Part shown: one piece after another, positions 13,257-25,073 of the stretch | How the letters are laid out: every line of letters begins with the position of its first letter | How positions within the stretch are numbered: the first letter of the stretch is position 1 | From: an uncultured Candidatus Rokubacteria bacterium | GTDB taxonomy: Bacteria; Methylomirabilota; Methylomirabilia; Rokubacteriales; CSP1-6 | Length of the DNA: 64,000 bases | Direction: 5' to 3' | NCBI GenBank assembly: GCA_963758635.1 | Contig: CAVWWD010000005.1 | Location: forward strand, 352,001-416,000 | Notes under the pieces: generated by a model | What the model saw: only the letters and a program-made list of their open reading frames with translations | What the model was told of the DNA's origin: nothing | The model's database searches: none | Translations under genes and position numbers: made by a program

Positions 13257-15126
13257 CGCGTGGCCTCCAGCAGCTGGTTGATGGCGTCGACGAGCTCGTG
13301 GGTCATGAGCGGCACCCCCCGCACACGGTTGTAGCCCACGGCGTCGACGAGGTACTCGGACCGCAGCACGCGGACGAGCTGCCCGCTGTTGATCTCCGGC
13401 ACGAGCACCTTGCGGTACTGGCGCAGGATCTGGCCGAGGTCGGGCGGCAGCGGGTTCAGGTGGCGCAGGTGGATCGAGGCCACCGCGCGCGCCCTCCATC
13501 TGCACTTCCTCGACCGCGGCCGTGATGGTGCCGTAGGTCCCGCCCCAGCCGACCACGAGCACGTCGCCGGTGTGGGGGCCGTTGATGCTCGTGGGCGGGA
13601 TCTCCTGGGCGACGCGCCGGACCTTCTCCGCCCGGGTCCGCACCATGTGCTCGTGGTTCTCCGGGTCGTACGAGATGTTGCCCGTCACGTCCTGCTTCTC
13701 GAGGCCGCCGATCCGGTGCTCGAGCCCGGGCGTGCCGGGACGCACCCACGGCCGCGAGAGCGTCGCGGGGTCGCGAAGGTACGGGAAGAAACCCTCGGGA
13801 TCCGTGCGGAAGGCCACGGGGATCTCCGGCAGGGTCTTCGGGTCCGGGATGAGCCAGGGCTCCGAGCCGTTGGCGAGGTAGCCGTCGGAGAGCACCATCA
13901 CCGGCACCATGTACTTGATGGCGATGCGCACCGCCTCGTACGCGATGAAGAAGCAGTCGCCGGGCGTCGCCGGCGCGAGGACGACGATCGGGCGACTCGC
14001 TGTTGCGGCCGTAGAGCGCCTGCATGAGGTCCGCCTGCTCGGTCTTCGTGGGCAGCCCCGTGCTCGGCCCCCCGCGCTGGATGTCGAAGATCACGAGCGG
14101 CAGCTCCGCGGTGACCGCGAGGCCGATGGCCTCGCCCTTGAGCGCGATGCCCGGACCGCTCGACGCCGTCACGCCGATGGCGCCGCCGAACGAGGCGCCG
14201 ATGGCCGCGGTGGCGGCGGCGATCTCGTCCTCGGCCTGGAAGGTCCGCACCTTGAACCGCTTGTGCATGGCCAGCTCTTCCAGGATGCTCGACGCCGGCG
14301 TGATCGGGTACGCCCCGAAGACCATCGGGATCTGCGTGCGCTCCGCGGCGGCGAGGAGCCCCCACGCCAGCGCGCGGTTGCCGGTCATGCTGCGGTACGT
14401 CCCCGGCGCCATCTCCGCGGCGTCGACCCCGTAGTGCTCGCCGAAGATCTCCGCCGTCTCGCCGAAGGCGTGTCCGGCCTTGAGGACGCGGATGTTCGCC
14501 TCCACGAACGTGGGGTTCTTCGCGAACCGCTTCTTGATGGCGTCGAGGGTGGGATCGAGGGGGCGCGTGTAGATCCAGGACACCAGGCCCAGCGCGAAGA
14601 AGTTCTTGCAGCGGTCCTTCTCCTTCGCGTTGAGCGGCAGGTCCTCGAGCGACTTCTTCGTGAGCCCGGTGATGTCGACGGGATGCAGGCGGTACTTCTC
14701 GGCCAGCCCCGGCTCCTCGAGCGGGTTCGACTTGTAGCCCGCCTTGGTGAGGTTCCGGTCCTCGAAGGCGGCGGTGTTCACGATGAGCAGGCCGCCCGGC
14801 TTCAGGTCCGGCAGGTGCACCTTGAAGGCGGCGGGATTCATGGCCACGAGCGCGTCCAGCTGGTCGCCCGGCGTGTACACCCGCTGGCTCCCGAACTGGA
14901 GCTGGAAGCTCGACACGCCGAACAGCGTGCCCGCGGGCGCTCGGATCTCGGCGGGGAAGTTCGGCAGCGTCGAGATGTCGTTGCCGGCCCACGCCGCCTC
15001 CGTCGTGAACTGCTCTCCGGTCACCTGCATGCCATCGCCTGAGTCGCCCGCGAACCTGATGACCGCTCGCGTGAGGGTCCGGCGTGGCTTGGCGGCGGTG
15101 GGCACGGGCGCCATCGTGTCGCTCAT
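13253..15126 (-). CDS. korA: 2-oxoacid:acceptor oxidoreductase subunit alpha (gamma-alpha fusion), frameshifted
   Basis: IRFAGDSGDGMQ, FPAEIRAPAGT, YPITPAS, QAEDEIAA, QRGGPSTGLPTK. Confidence 0.95.
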
Positions 15127-15309
15127 GGCCTCTGTCCTTTCGATTCGTGACCCGGATCGAGACGCAGTATCCCCGGAGCTACACGGGACCAGCCGGGGGG
15201 ATCCCTCCTGAACGTCCGAGCCCAAGGGTCATGCTACTCAAAGCCCGACGGTTGCGCAAGGTTCTCCGTGGTCTGACCATCCGGCCACCGACCGTCGCCC
15301 TCGGCGGGG

Positions 15310-15365
15310 GCGGTTGTTTCCACTGCACTTCCATATCCGCTCGCCTCGCCTACGGCTCGGCTCGC
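15310..15365 (+). repeat. Repeat family A copy (supplies the MFS stop codon)
   Basis: GCGGTTGTTTCCACTGCACTTCCATATCCGCTCGCCTCGCCTACGGCTCGGCTCGC. Confidence 0.85.
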
Positions 15366-16594
15366 CCTTCAACGTCGGACGGCCGCGCGCCGCCGCTCAG
15401 CATGCGCCAGGCCACGGGCAGCATGAGCACGAGCGCGGCGAGCCCGTTGACCGCGACGGCGAGCGGCGCGCCGATCCGGCTGGTCAGGATCCCGATCCAG
15501 ACCGTCCCGAAGGGGCCGGTGCCGATGCACGCGGACAGGATGCCCATGGCGCGGCCGCGCATGTGCGGCGGCGCGCCCAGGAGGACCATGGCGCTCTGCA
15601 TGGTGGCGAAGCCCGACTCGGCCAGGCCCATCGCGAAGAGCAGCACGACCGAGAGCCCGTACCACGGCGAGGCGGTGAAGCCGAGCAGCAGGACGGCGGC
15701 GAGCATCGAGCCGCCCGCGAAGACCTGGCCGTGGCGGCCGAAGCCACGCTGCGCGGCCACGGCGAGCGCGGCGAGGAGCGCGCCGAGGCCGTCGGCCGCG
15801 ACCATCAGGCCGAGCAATTCGGGGCCGACATGGAAGACATCGCGCGCGAACACCGGGAGCATCTGCTGATACGGGAACACCAGCACGTTCATGATCACGG
15901 TGATGATGAGGACGACGCGGACCGGCCGCCGCTTCCACACCGCCTCGATGCCGGCCCGCCATCCGTCCGCGGCGCGGGCCGGGGCCGGCGCCACGCCCGA
16001 TCCGATGCCCCCGGGAAGGCCCCGCGTGAGGGCGATCGCGGTCACGTAGAGCACGGCGAGCGCCACGTAGCAGCCGATCGCGCCCACGCGTCCGAGGAGC
16101 AGGCCGGCCACCGCGGGACCGACGAGCTTGCCGATCTGCATCGAGAACGTCTCGAGCGAGATCGCGCCGGTCACGCCGCCCGAGCCCACGACCGCGAACA
16201 GCGCGGTGCGGCGCACCGGGAAGTCGATGGCCCACGCCAGCCCGAGCACGATCTCCATGGCCACGAGGCCGGAGTACGCGCCGCCGTGGAGGCCGAACAG
16301 GGCGGCCAGCCCGAGCGCGGCGGCCAGGGCCAGCGCCTGCGCGGTCAGGAGCAGCCGCCGCCGCGGCAGGCGATCGGCCAGGCTGCCCCCGAACGGGCCG
16401 AACGCGAGCAGCGGCACCGAGCGGCAGAAGGCGGCGATGCCCACCATGAGGGGCGAGCCGGTGAGCGTGAGCGCGAGCCAGCCCATGGCGAGCAGGTCCA
16501 CCCAGCGCGCGGTGTTCAGGCAGAGGCCGATGAGCCAGAGGCGGCGGTAGTCGGGGGCGGCGAGGGGCGCGAGGGCAGCGAATCGTGGCGGCAC
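15350..16594 (-). CDS. MFS transporter (MFS_3/H+ antiporter-like)
   Basis: About 12 hydrophobic segments, GSLADRLPRRRLL motif A, PHMRGRAMG. Confidence 0.9.
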   Translation of the reverse strand: MPPRFAALAPLAAPDYRRLWLIGLCLNTARWVDLLAMGWLALTLTGSPLMVGIAAFCRSVPLLAFGPFGGSLADRLPRRRLLLTAQALALAAALGLAALFGLHGGAYSGLVAMEIVLGLAWAIDFPVRRTALFAVVGSGGVTGAISLETFSMQIGKLVGPAVAGLLLGRVGAIGCYVALAVLYVTAIALTRGLPGGIGSGVAPAPARAADGWRAGIEAVWKRRPVRVVLIITVIMNVLVFPYQQMLPVFARDVFHVGPELLGLMVAADGLGALLAALAVAAQRGFGRHGQVFAGGSMLAAVLLLGFTASPWYGLSVVLLFAMGLAESGFATMQSAMVLLGAPPHMRGRAMGILSACIGTGPFGTVWIGILTSRIGAPLAVAVNGLAALVLMLPVAWRMLSGGARPSDVEGRAEP

Positions 16595-16636
16595 GGCCAG
16601 CGAGGGCGAGGCCCGGAGCGGCGCCGGCCTAGCCTT

Positions 16637-16719
16637 GCGAGCCGAGCCGAAGGCGAGGCGAGCGCACGTGGAAATGCAGTGGAAACAACCGCCCTCCGTG
16701 AAGGCGAGGCGAGCGCATA
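16637..16719 (-). repeat. Repeat family A copy (inverted, 16637-16692) plus partial copy (16700-16719)
   Basis: GCGAGCCGAGCCGAAGGCGAGGCGAGCGCACGTGGAAATGCAGTGGAAACAACCGC is the reverse complement of the family A consensus. Confidence 0.85.
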
Positions 16720-16748
16720 CGGAGGCGGCGCGGCGCGGGCGCCGAGGG

Positions 16749-17675
16749 TCATCCGCGCGCGGACCGCGGGGCCGTGGTGTCCGGCGCGGCGGCGTCGTCG
16801 GCCTTCTTGAGGAGGTCGATGAAGCGGGCCACCGCGGGGGTGAAGCGCCGCCCCCGCCGGTGGATGATGCCGATGGGCCGGACGAGCCCAGGCAGCGCGA
16901 GCGGCGCGCCGACGAGGGCGCGCACGCCGATCTCCTTCACCACGGTGGGACGCGGCAGGATGCTGATCCCCGCCGCGATGCCGATCGCCTGCTTGATCGT
17001 CTCGACGTTGTCGAACTCCATCACCACCTCGACCCTGACGTCGGCGTGGCGGAGCGCGCGGTCGATGGCGCGGCGGATGGCCAGCGCGCGGTCGAAGGCC
17101 ACGAACTTCTCGCCGGCGAGGTCCGCGGGCTGCACCATGCGCCGGCGCGCGAGGCGATGGCGGGGATGGGCTACGAGGATCATCGGCTCCGAGCGGAGCG
17201 GGATGACGCCGAGGGCCCGGGTCGCCGTAGGATACGAGAGGATGCCGAGGTCGGCCTCGTCGTTCATGACCGCGTCCACCACCTTGTGGGGGTGCAGGCA
17301 CTCGAGCAGCACGCGCGCGTGCGGATAGATGGACATGAACGGCTGCATGTGGCGGCTCATGTCGTGGAGGCCCACCGAGTAGATGGCGGCGACGCGCACC
17401 GTGCCTTCCACCCGCTGGCGCGCGGCGACGAGGTCGGCGCGCGTCTTCTCGAAGCCCTGGATGAGGGTGCGGCACGCCTCGTAGAAGCCGCGCCCCTCGC
17501 CGGTGGCGGACAACGGCCGGCGCGACCGGTCGAGGAGCATCACGCCGACCTCGGCCTCGAGCTGCTGGATGGCCTGACTCGCCGCCGACTGCGTCACCCC
17601 GTGGGCGGCGGCGCCGCGCGAGACGCTCCGGAGCCGCACCACGTCGCAGTAGAGCTTGAGGGTCTCGATCTGCAC
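16749..17675 (-). CDS. LysR family regulator divergent from gltB (GltC-like arrangement)
   Basis: MQIETLKLYCDVV...SVSRGAAAHGVTQSAASQAIQQLE HTH; EFDNVETIKQAI. Confidence 0.92.
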   Translation of the reverse strand: MQIETLKLYCDVVRLRSVSRGAAAHGVTQSAASQAIQQLEAEVGVMLLDRSRRPLSATGEGRGFYEACRTLIQGFEKTRADLVAARQRVEGTVRVAAIYSVGLHDMSRHMQPFMSIYPHARVLLECLHPHKVVDAVMNDEADLGILSYPTATRALGVIPLRSEPMILVAHPRHRLARRRMVQPADLAGEKFVAFDRALAIRRAIDRALRHADVRVEVVMEFDNVETIKQAIGIAAGISILPRPTVVKEIGVRALVGAPLALPGLVRPIGIIHRRGRRFTPAVARFIDLLKKADDAAAPDTTAPRSARG

Positions 17676-17730
17676 GGCGCCGAGACTATCACTATTAGAG
17701 ATCCTGATGCAGTGTTTTTTCTCTTTGCGC

Positions 17731-17759
17731 TTGGCTAATGCTTTTCCGTGGTGTAGTCT
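17731..17759 (+). promoter_or_regulatory. Putative sigma70 promoter of gltBD
   Basis: TTGGCT-N17-TAGTCT in the AT-richer divergent intergenic region. Confidence 0.55.
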
Positions 17760-17774
17760 CGCGGAACCTGAAGC

Positions 17775-17946
17775 GAGAGGTGGACACGGTAACGCGTGAG
17801 GCCGCGGAAGCGCGCGGTGGGGCCGCGAGGTCGGATCGCGACCGCTGGTGGAAGGTGAGAGAGGTGGACACGGTAACGCGTGAGGCCGCGGAGCGCGCGG
17901 TGCGCGAGGTCGGATCGCGACCGCGTGGCGTGGAACGTGAGAGAGG
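17775..17946 (+). repeat. Two tandem 82-84 bp units in the gltB leader
   Basis: GAGAGGTGGACACGGTAACGCGTGAGGCCGCGGA...CGCGAGGTCGGATCGCGACCGC begins at 17775 and 17859; a third GAGAGG at 17941 is the gltB RBS. Confidence 0.9.
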
Positions 17947-17953
17947 AGAAACA

Positions 17954-20900
17954 TTGACGACACCAGGGCTGCCGCCGGCGCAGGGCCTGTACGATCCACG
18001 GCACGAGCACGACGCGTGCGGCGTGGGCTTCGTCGTGGACATGAAGGGGCGGAAGTCGCACGCCATCGTGAGCCAGGCCCTCACCGTGCTGAAGAACCTG
18101 CTCCACCGCGGGGCCTGCGGCTGCGAGGTCAACACCGGCGACGGCGCCGGCATCCTCATCCAGATGCCGCACGCCTTCCTCGAGCGCGAGACGCGGCGCC
18201 TGGGCTTCGCCCTTCCCGCGCCCGGGCACTACGGGGCCGGGCTGGTCTTCCTTCCCCGCGATCCGAAGCAGGCGCAGGCGTGCGAGGAGATCCTCGCCCG
18301 CATGGTGGCCGAGGAGGGGCAGTCGATCCTGGGCTGGCGGGACGTGCCCACCGACGACGACCCGGTGGGCCCCACGGCGCGGTCCGTCGAGCCGCGGATG
18401 CGCCAGGTGTTCGTCGGGCGCGCCCCCGGCGTGCCCGACCGGGCGACGTTCGAGCGCATCCTCTACGTGATCCGCAAGCGCACGGAGCACGCGGTGGCGC
18501 GCGCGCGGCTCGACGACCGCAAGTACTTCTACGTGCCGAGCCTGTCGTCGAACACGCTCATCTACAAGGGCATGCTCTCGGCCGACCAGATCGAGACCAT
18601 GTTCCCCGACGTGACCGACCCCCTGGTGGAGTCGGCGCTGGCCCTCGTCCACCAGCGGTTCTCCACCAACACGTTCCCGTCGTGGCCGCTCGCGCACCCG
18701 TACCGCTACATCGCCCACAACGGCGAGATCAACACGCTCCGCGGGAACATCAACTGGATGCACGCGCGCGAGTCCCTGTGTCGCTCCGGCCTGCTCGGCC
18801 CCGCCCTCGAGAAGATCTTCCCCATCGTCATCGAGGGGGGCAGCGACTCCGCGACGTTCGACAACGTGCTCGAGTTCCTCGTGATGGCCGGGCGTCCCCT
18901 GCCCCTGGCCGTGCTCATGATGATCCCCGAGCCGTGGGCGGGCCACGAGTCGATGTCCGAGGAGCGGAAGGCCTTCTACGAGTACCACGGCTGCCTGATG
19001 GAGCCGTGGGACGGGCCGGCCTCCATCGCGTTCACCGACGGCACCGTGATCGGCGCCGTCCTCGACCGGAACGGGCTTCGGCCTTCCCGCTACTACGTGA
19101 CCAAGGACGGCCTCGTGATCATGGCCTCCGAGGTCGGCGTGCTCGACATCCCGCCGGAGCGCGTGCTCATCAAGGAGCGCCTGCACCCCGGGCGGATCTT
19201 CCTCGTGGACACCGCGCAGGGGCGCATCATCCACGACGAGGAGCTCAAGCGCGCGTTCGCCGTGCAGCATCCCTACGGGGAGTGGCTCAAGGCCTACAGC
19301 CGGCCCGTGGAGTCCCTGCCCGACCCCCCGAGCGTGCCGGAGCCGGACCACGACACCGTGCTCCACCGCCAGCTCGCCTTCGGCTACACCCACGAGGACC
19401 TGCGCATCCTGCTCGCCCCCATGGCCACGGGCGGCGAGGAGCCGATCGGCTCGATGGGCACCGACACGTCGCTCGCCGTGCTGTCGAACCGCGACCGGCT
19501 GCTCTACGACTACTTCAAGCAGCTCTTCGCCCAGGTCACCAACCCCCCGCTCGACGGCATCCGCGAGGAGCTGGTCACCCAGATCTCGACCACGATCGGG
19601 CCGGAGGGCAACCTGCTCGAGCCCACGCCGGAGGCGTGCCGGCAGATCAAGCTCAAGACGCCGGTGCTCGACAACGAGCTGACCGCGCGCATCCGGCACG
19701 TCGACCTCCCCGGCTTCCGCACCACCGACCGTGCCCATGCTGTTCCCGGTGCGCGAGGGCGCGGCCGGCGTCGCGCGGGCCCTCGAGGACCTCTGCCGCC
19801 GCGCCGCCCAGGCCGTGCGCGACGGCTCCACGTACCTGATCCTGTCCGACCGCGGCGTCAACGTGGAGATGGCGCCGATCCCCGCGCTCCTCGCCACGTC
19901 GGGCGTCCACCACCACCTGATCCGCGAGGGGCTGCGCGTGAAGGTGGGGCTCATCATCGAGACCGGCGAGGCGCGCGAGGTGCATCACATGGCGCTCCTC
20001 CTGGGCTACGGCGCGGGCGCGCTCAACCCGTACCTCGCCTTCGAGACGCTCGACGACATGATCGGGCAGGGCCTCCTCCCCGGCCTCGACCACCAGACCG
20101 CGATGAAGAACTACCTCAAGGCCCTCAACAAGGGGATCCTGAAGGTCATCTCGAAGATGGGCATCTCCACGATCCAGTCGTACCGGGGGGCCCAGATCTT
20201 CGAGGCCATCGGCCTCTCCCGCGAGTTCGTGGACCGCTATTTCACGTGGACCGCCTCGCGCATCGGTGGCGTGGGCATCGACGTGATCGCCGAGGAGGTC
20301 CTGGCCCGCCACCGCCGCGCGTTCCCGGAGCGGCCGGTGGGGGAGCCCGAGCTGGCGTGGGGGGGCGAGTACCAGTGGCGGCGGGAGGGCGAGTACCACC
20401 TCTTCAACCCGGACACGGTCTTCAAGCTCCAGCACGCCACGCGGAGCGGCCAGTACACGATCTTCAAGGACTACACGCGCGCGGTGGACGAGCAGAGCGA
20501 GCACCTCTGCACCCTGCGCGGGCAGTTCACGTTCAAGTGGGCGGACGAGCCGGTGCCCCTCGACGAGGTGGAGCCGGTCGAGACGATCCTGCGCCGCTTC
20601 GCCACCGGGGCCATGTCCTACGGCTCGATCGGCCAGGAGGCCCACGAGACGCTCGCCATCGCCATGAACCGGCTCGGCGGCAAGTCGAACACCGGCGAGG
20701 GCGGCGAGGACTCCGCGCGCTACGTCCGCGACGACAACGGCGACTGGCGCCGGAGCGCGATCAAGCAGGTGGCCTCCGGCCGCTTCGGCGTGACCAGCGA
20801 GTACCTGGTGAACGCCGAGGACCTCCAGATCAAGATGGCCCAGGGGGCCAAGCCCGGCGAGGGCGGCCAGCTCCCCGGCCACAAGGTGTACCCGTGGATC

Positions 20901-22523
20901 GCGAAGGTGCGGGCCGGCACGCCGGGCGTGGGGCTGATCTCGCCCCCGCCGCACCACGACATCTACTCGATCGAGGACCTCGCGCAGCTCATCCACGACC
21001 TCAAGAACGCGAACCCGCGCGCCCGCATCAGCGTGAAGCTCGTGGCCGAGGTCGGGGTCGGCACGGTGGCCGCCGGCGTGGCGAAGGCCCACTCCGACGT
21101 GGTGCTGATCTCCGGCCACGACGGCGGCACCGGCGCCTCGCCGCTCACCTCGATCAAGCACGGCGGCGTGCCGTGGGAGCTGGGCCTCGCCGAGACCCAG
21201 CAGGTGCTGGTGCTCAACAAGCTGCGCGACCGCATCACCGTCCAGACCGACGGCCAGATGAAGACGGGGCGCGACGTGGTCATCGCCGCGCTGCTCGGCG
21301 CCGAGGAGTACGGCTTCTCGACGGCGCCGCTGGTGGTGATGGGCTGCATCATGATGCGGGTGTGCCACCTCAACACGTGCCCGGTGGGCATCGCCACCCA
21401 GGACCCGAAGCTCCGCGCGCGTTTCGCCGGCAAGCCCGAGTTCGTCGAGCGGTTCTTCCGCTTCATCGCCGAGGAGGTGCGCGAGCTCATGGCGCGGCTC
21501 GGCTTCCGCGCCATGGACGAGATGATCGGCCGCGCCGACCGGCTCGACGTGCGGCGCGCCGTGGACCACTGGAAGGCCAAGGGCCTCGACCTGTCCGCCA
21601 TCCTCTACCAGCCCGTGGTGGGCCCCGAGGTCGCCACGCGGCGGGTCGTCGAGCAGGACCACGGCCTGGACCGGTCGCTCGACATGACCACGCTGGTGCC
21701 GCTGTGCCGCCCCGCGCTCGAGGGCCGCGAGCCGGTGGACATCCGCCTGCCCATCCGCAACGTCAACCGGACGGTGGGCACGATCCTGGGCTACGAGGTC
21801 ACCTCGCGGTACGGGGCCGCCGGCCTGCCCGACGACACCATCCGCATCCACTTCACCGGCTCGGCGGGGCAGAGCTTCGGCGCCTTCGTGCCGCGCGGCA
21901 TCACGCTCACGCTCGAGGGCGACTCCAACGACTACCTCGGCAAGGGCCTCTCCGGGCGGGAAGATCGTGGTGCGCCCGCCGCAGCGAGGCGACGTTCGTG
22001 GCCGAGGACAACATCCTCGTCGGCAACGTGGTGCTCTACGGGGCGACGGGGGGCGAGGCCTACTTCCGCGGCGTGGCGGGCGAGCGCTTCGCCGTGCGCA
22101 ACAGCGGCGCCGCGACCGTGGTCGAGGGGGTGGGCGACCACGGCTGCGAGTACATGACGTTCGGGCCGCGTGGTGGTGATCGGCCGCACCGGACGCAACT
22201 TCGCCGCGGGGATGTCAGGCGGCGTGGCCTACGTGCTGGACGCGGACGGCGACTTCCGCGCCCGCTGCAACCAGGGCATGGTCTCGCTCGAGCCCCTGGT
22301 GGAAACGGACGACGTGGAGATCGTCAAGGACCTCCTGTCGCGGCACATCCGCTACACACAGAGCCCGGTGGCCGCGCAGCTCCTCGTGAACTGGGCGGAC
22401 AGCCAGCGGAAGTTCGTCAAGGTGATGCCGAACGACTACAAGCGCGTGCTCCTCGCCATCAAGAAGGCCCAGGAGACCGGGCAATCGGTGGAGGAGGCGG
22501 TCATGGCGAGCGCGCACGGATGA
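17954..22523 (+). CDS. gltB: Glutamate synthase large subunit (frameshifts near 19730, 21960-21990 and 22165)
   Basis: [73 protein letters not shown] start after GAGGAG. Confidence 0.97.
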
Positions 22524-22576
22524 CCCGGGCGCGCGGGCCCAACGAGCGCTCTCCGGCCTCCCCCGCCGTTGACGCA

Positions 22577-22646
22577 AGGTGCGGGCGGGCGAAGCCCGGG
22601 TGCCCGCACCTGATGATCGGGCGGGCGAAGCCCGGGTGCCCGCACC
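22577..22646. repeat. REP-like palindrome family B, two tandem copies
   Basis: AGGTGCGGGC-GGGCGAAGCCCGGGT-GCCCGCACCT followed by a second, 5'-truncated copy; also at 29681-29714. Confidence 0.85.
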
Positions 22647-22652
22647 CAACAC

Positions 22653-24101
22653 ATGGGTAAGGTCACCGGGTTCATCGAGTTCAAGCGGGACAAGCAGCCG
22701 TACCGGCCGGTGGCCGAGCGGCTCCGGGACTGGCAGCAGGTCATGCTGCCCTGGCCCGGGGACAGGCTCGCCAAGCAGGGCGCGCGCTGCATGGACTGCG
22801 GCATCCCCTTCTGTCACCAGGGCTGCCCGCTCGGCAACCTGATCCCCGACTGGAACGATCTCGTCTACCGCGACCGGTGGCGCGAGGCCATCGACCGGCT
22901 GCACGCCACCAACAACTTCCCGGAGTTCACGGGCACGCTCTGCCCCGCCCCGTGCGAGGGCTCGTGCGTGCTCGGCATCAACGACGACCCCGTCACGATC
23001 AAGGCGGTGGAGCTCGCGATCATCGACCGCGCGTTCGCCGAGGGCTGGATCCGGCCCGAGCCGCCGGCCGCCCGCACGGGCAAGAAGGTGGCGGTGGTCG
23101 GCTCCGGCCCGGCCGGCCTCGCCGCGGCCCAGCAGCTCGCGCGGGCCGGCCACGCGGTGACGGTGTTCGAGCGCGCGGATCGCATCGGCGGGCTCCTCCG
23201 CTACGGGATCCCGGAGTTCAAGATGGAGAAGCGCGTGCTGGACCGGCGCCTCGCCCAGATGGAGGCCGAGGGCGTGAGGTTCGTGGCCGGCGCCCACGTG
23301 GGCGTGACCACGCCCGTGGACGGGCTCCGCCGCGAGTTCGACGCGCTCCTGCTCGCCGGCGGGGCGTGCGCCCCGCGTGACCTGCCCATTGCCGGTCGCG
23401 AGCTGCACGGGATCCACTTCGCGATGGACTTCCTGACCCTGCAGAACCGCCGCTGCGAGGGCGACCACGTTCCCGACGCGTCCTCCATCAGCGCCGCCGG
23501 CAAGCACGTCGTGATCATCGGCGGCGGCGACACCGGCGCCGACTGCCTCGGCACCGTGCACCGCCAGGGCGCGCGCTCGGTGCACCAGTTCGAGATCCTC
23601 CCCCGCCCGCCCGACACGCGGGCCGCGGACAATCCGTGGCCCCAGTGGCCGAACGTCTACCGCACGTCGTCGGCCCACGAGGAGGGCGGCGAGCGCGTCT
23701 ACGCCGTGTCCACGCGGCGCTTCCTCGGCGACGACCGCGGGCGTGTACGGGCGCTGGAGCTCGCGCAGGTCGAGATGGTCCGGGACGGCGGCCGGGTCTC
23801 GTTCCCGGAGGTGCCGGGGTCCGCGCGCGAGCTGCCCTGCGACCTGGCGCTCCTCGCCATGGGCTTCGTCGGGCCCGAGCGGCCGGGGATGATCGCAGAG
23901 CTCGGCGTCCGCCTCACCGAGCGGGGCAACGTGTGGCGGGACGCGCGGTGGATGACCAGCGTGCCCGGCGTGTTCGCGGCGGGCGACATGCAGCGCGGAC
24001 AGTCGCTGATCGTCTGGGCCATCGCGGAGGGCCGGAGCGCGGCCCGCGGCGTCGACACCTTCCTGATGGGCCGGTCGGACCTGCCCGCGCCGCTGGCGTG
24101 A
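22653..24101 (+). CDS. gltD: Glutamate synthase small subunit
   Basis: [54 protein letters not shown]. Confidence 0.97.
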   Translation: MGKVTGFIEFKRDKQPYRPVAERLRDWQQVMLPWPGDRLAKQGARCMDCGIPFCHQGCPLGNLIPDWNDLVYRDRWREAIDRLHATNNFPEFTGTLCPAPCEGSCVLGINDDPVTIKAVELAIIDRAFAEGWIRPEPPAARTGKKVAVVGSGPAGLAAAQQLARAGHAVTVFERADRIGGLLRYGIPEFKMEKRVLDRRLAQMEAEGVRFVAGAHVGVTTPVDGLRREFDALLLAGGACAPRDLPIAGRELHGIHFAMDFLTLQNRRCEGDHVPDASSISAAGKHVVIIGGGDTGADCLGTVHRQGARSVHQFEILPRPPDTRAADNPWPQWPNVYRTSSAHEEGGERVYAVSTRRFLGDDRGRVRALELAQVEMVRDGGRVSFPEVPGSARELPCDLALLAMGFVGPERPGMIAELGVRLTERGNVWRDARWMTSVPGVFAAGDMQRGQSLIVWAIAEGRSAARGVDTFLMGRSDLPAPLA

Positions 24102-24280
24102 GCGCGGCCGTGACCGCCACGACGCGCCGCCGCGCCCTCGGCCTCGCGGCCGCGGGCTTCGCCGTCGTCACCCACGCGCATCCGGCGTCGGCCCAGCTCG
24201 ACCGCTTCCTCAAGGGCCTGACCGGCGGCGGCCTGTCCGACGCCAAGATCGGCTCCGGGCTCAAAGTCTTCTCGAAGTAG
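24098..24280 (+). pseudogene. Truncated DUF4197-like secreted protein (Tat-type signal, about 60 aa remnant)
   Basis: TRRRALGLAAAGFAV...ASA-QLDRFLKGLTGGGLSDAKIGSGLK then stop; resembles the DUF4197 N-terminus (LSxxxIxxGLKEAL). Confidence 0.55.
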
Positions 24281-24368
24281 CTCGGAGCGGGGCTGTGCCC
24301 CCTCCCCTGCGGCGGTCGTCGGTCGCCGCGCGGGGTGACGATCGCGCACGGTACAATCCACTGCGCCC

Positions 24369-25073
24369 ATGGCTCCGCCCGCCGTCGAGTTGCGCCGCCT
24401 CACCAAGGTCTACCGGGAGGGCGAGAGCGAGCGGCTGGTGTTCCGGGACGTGGACGCGGTCATCCACACCGGCGAGATCGTGGTCCTGCTCGGCCGTAGC
24501 GGATCCGGCAAGTCCACCCTTCTGAACCTCGTGAGCGGCATCGACCTGCCCACCTCGGGCACGGTGCTCGTCGACGGCGTGGATCTCGGCGCGCTGTCCG
24601 ACGCCGCGCGCACCCGGCTGCGGCGCCGGCACATCGGGTTCGTGTTCCAGTCGTTCAACCTGATTCCCCTCCTCACCGTCGAGGAGAACCTGCTGCTGCC
24701 GCTCGAGCTGAACGGCCGCGCCGACGCCGCGGGCCGCGCCCGCGCCCACGACCTCCTGGCCCGCGTGGGCCTGGCCGACCGCGCGGCCAGCTTTCCCGAC
24801 CGGCTCTCGGGCGGTGAACAGCAGCGGCTCGCGGTGGCGCGCGCGCTGGCCCACGACCCCCCGCTGATCCTCGCCGACGAGCCCACCGGCAACCTCGACG
24901 CCGAGGCCGCCGCCCAGGTGCTGGACCTGCTGGACGGCCTCGCGCGCGAGCGCGGCAAGACGCTCGTGATGGTCACTCATGGGCGGGAGGTCGTCGGCGC
25001 CGCCGACCGCGTCTTCACCGTCCAGCACGGGCGTCTGGTGGAGCAGCCGCGGGCGCCGTCGGGCGGCCGATGA
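24369..25073 (+). CDS. ABC transporter ATP-binding protein (LolD/MacB-like)
   Basis: [27 protein letters not shown]. Confidence 0.95.
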   Translation: MAPPAVELRRLTKVYREGESERLVFRDVDAVIHTGEIVVLLGRSGSGKSTLLNLVSGIDLPTSGTVLVDGVDLGALSDAARTRLRRRHIGFVFQSFNLIPLLTVEENLLLPLELNGRADAAGRARAHDLLARVGLADRAASFPDRLSGGEQQRLAVARALAHDPPLILADEPTGNLDAEAAAQVLDLLDGLARERGKTLVMVTHGREVVGAADRVFTVQHGRLVEQPRAPSGGR

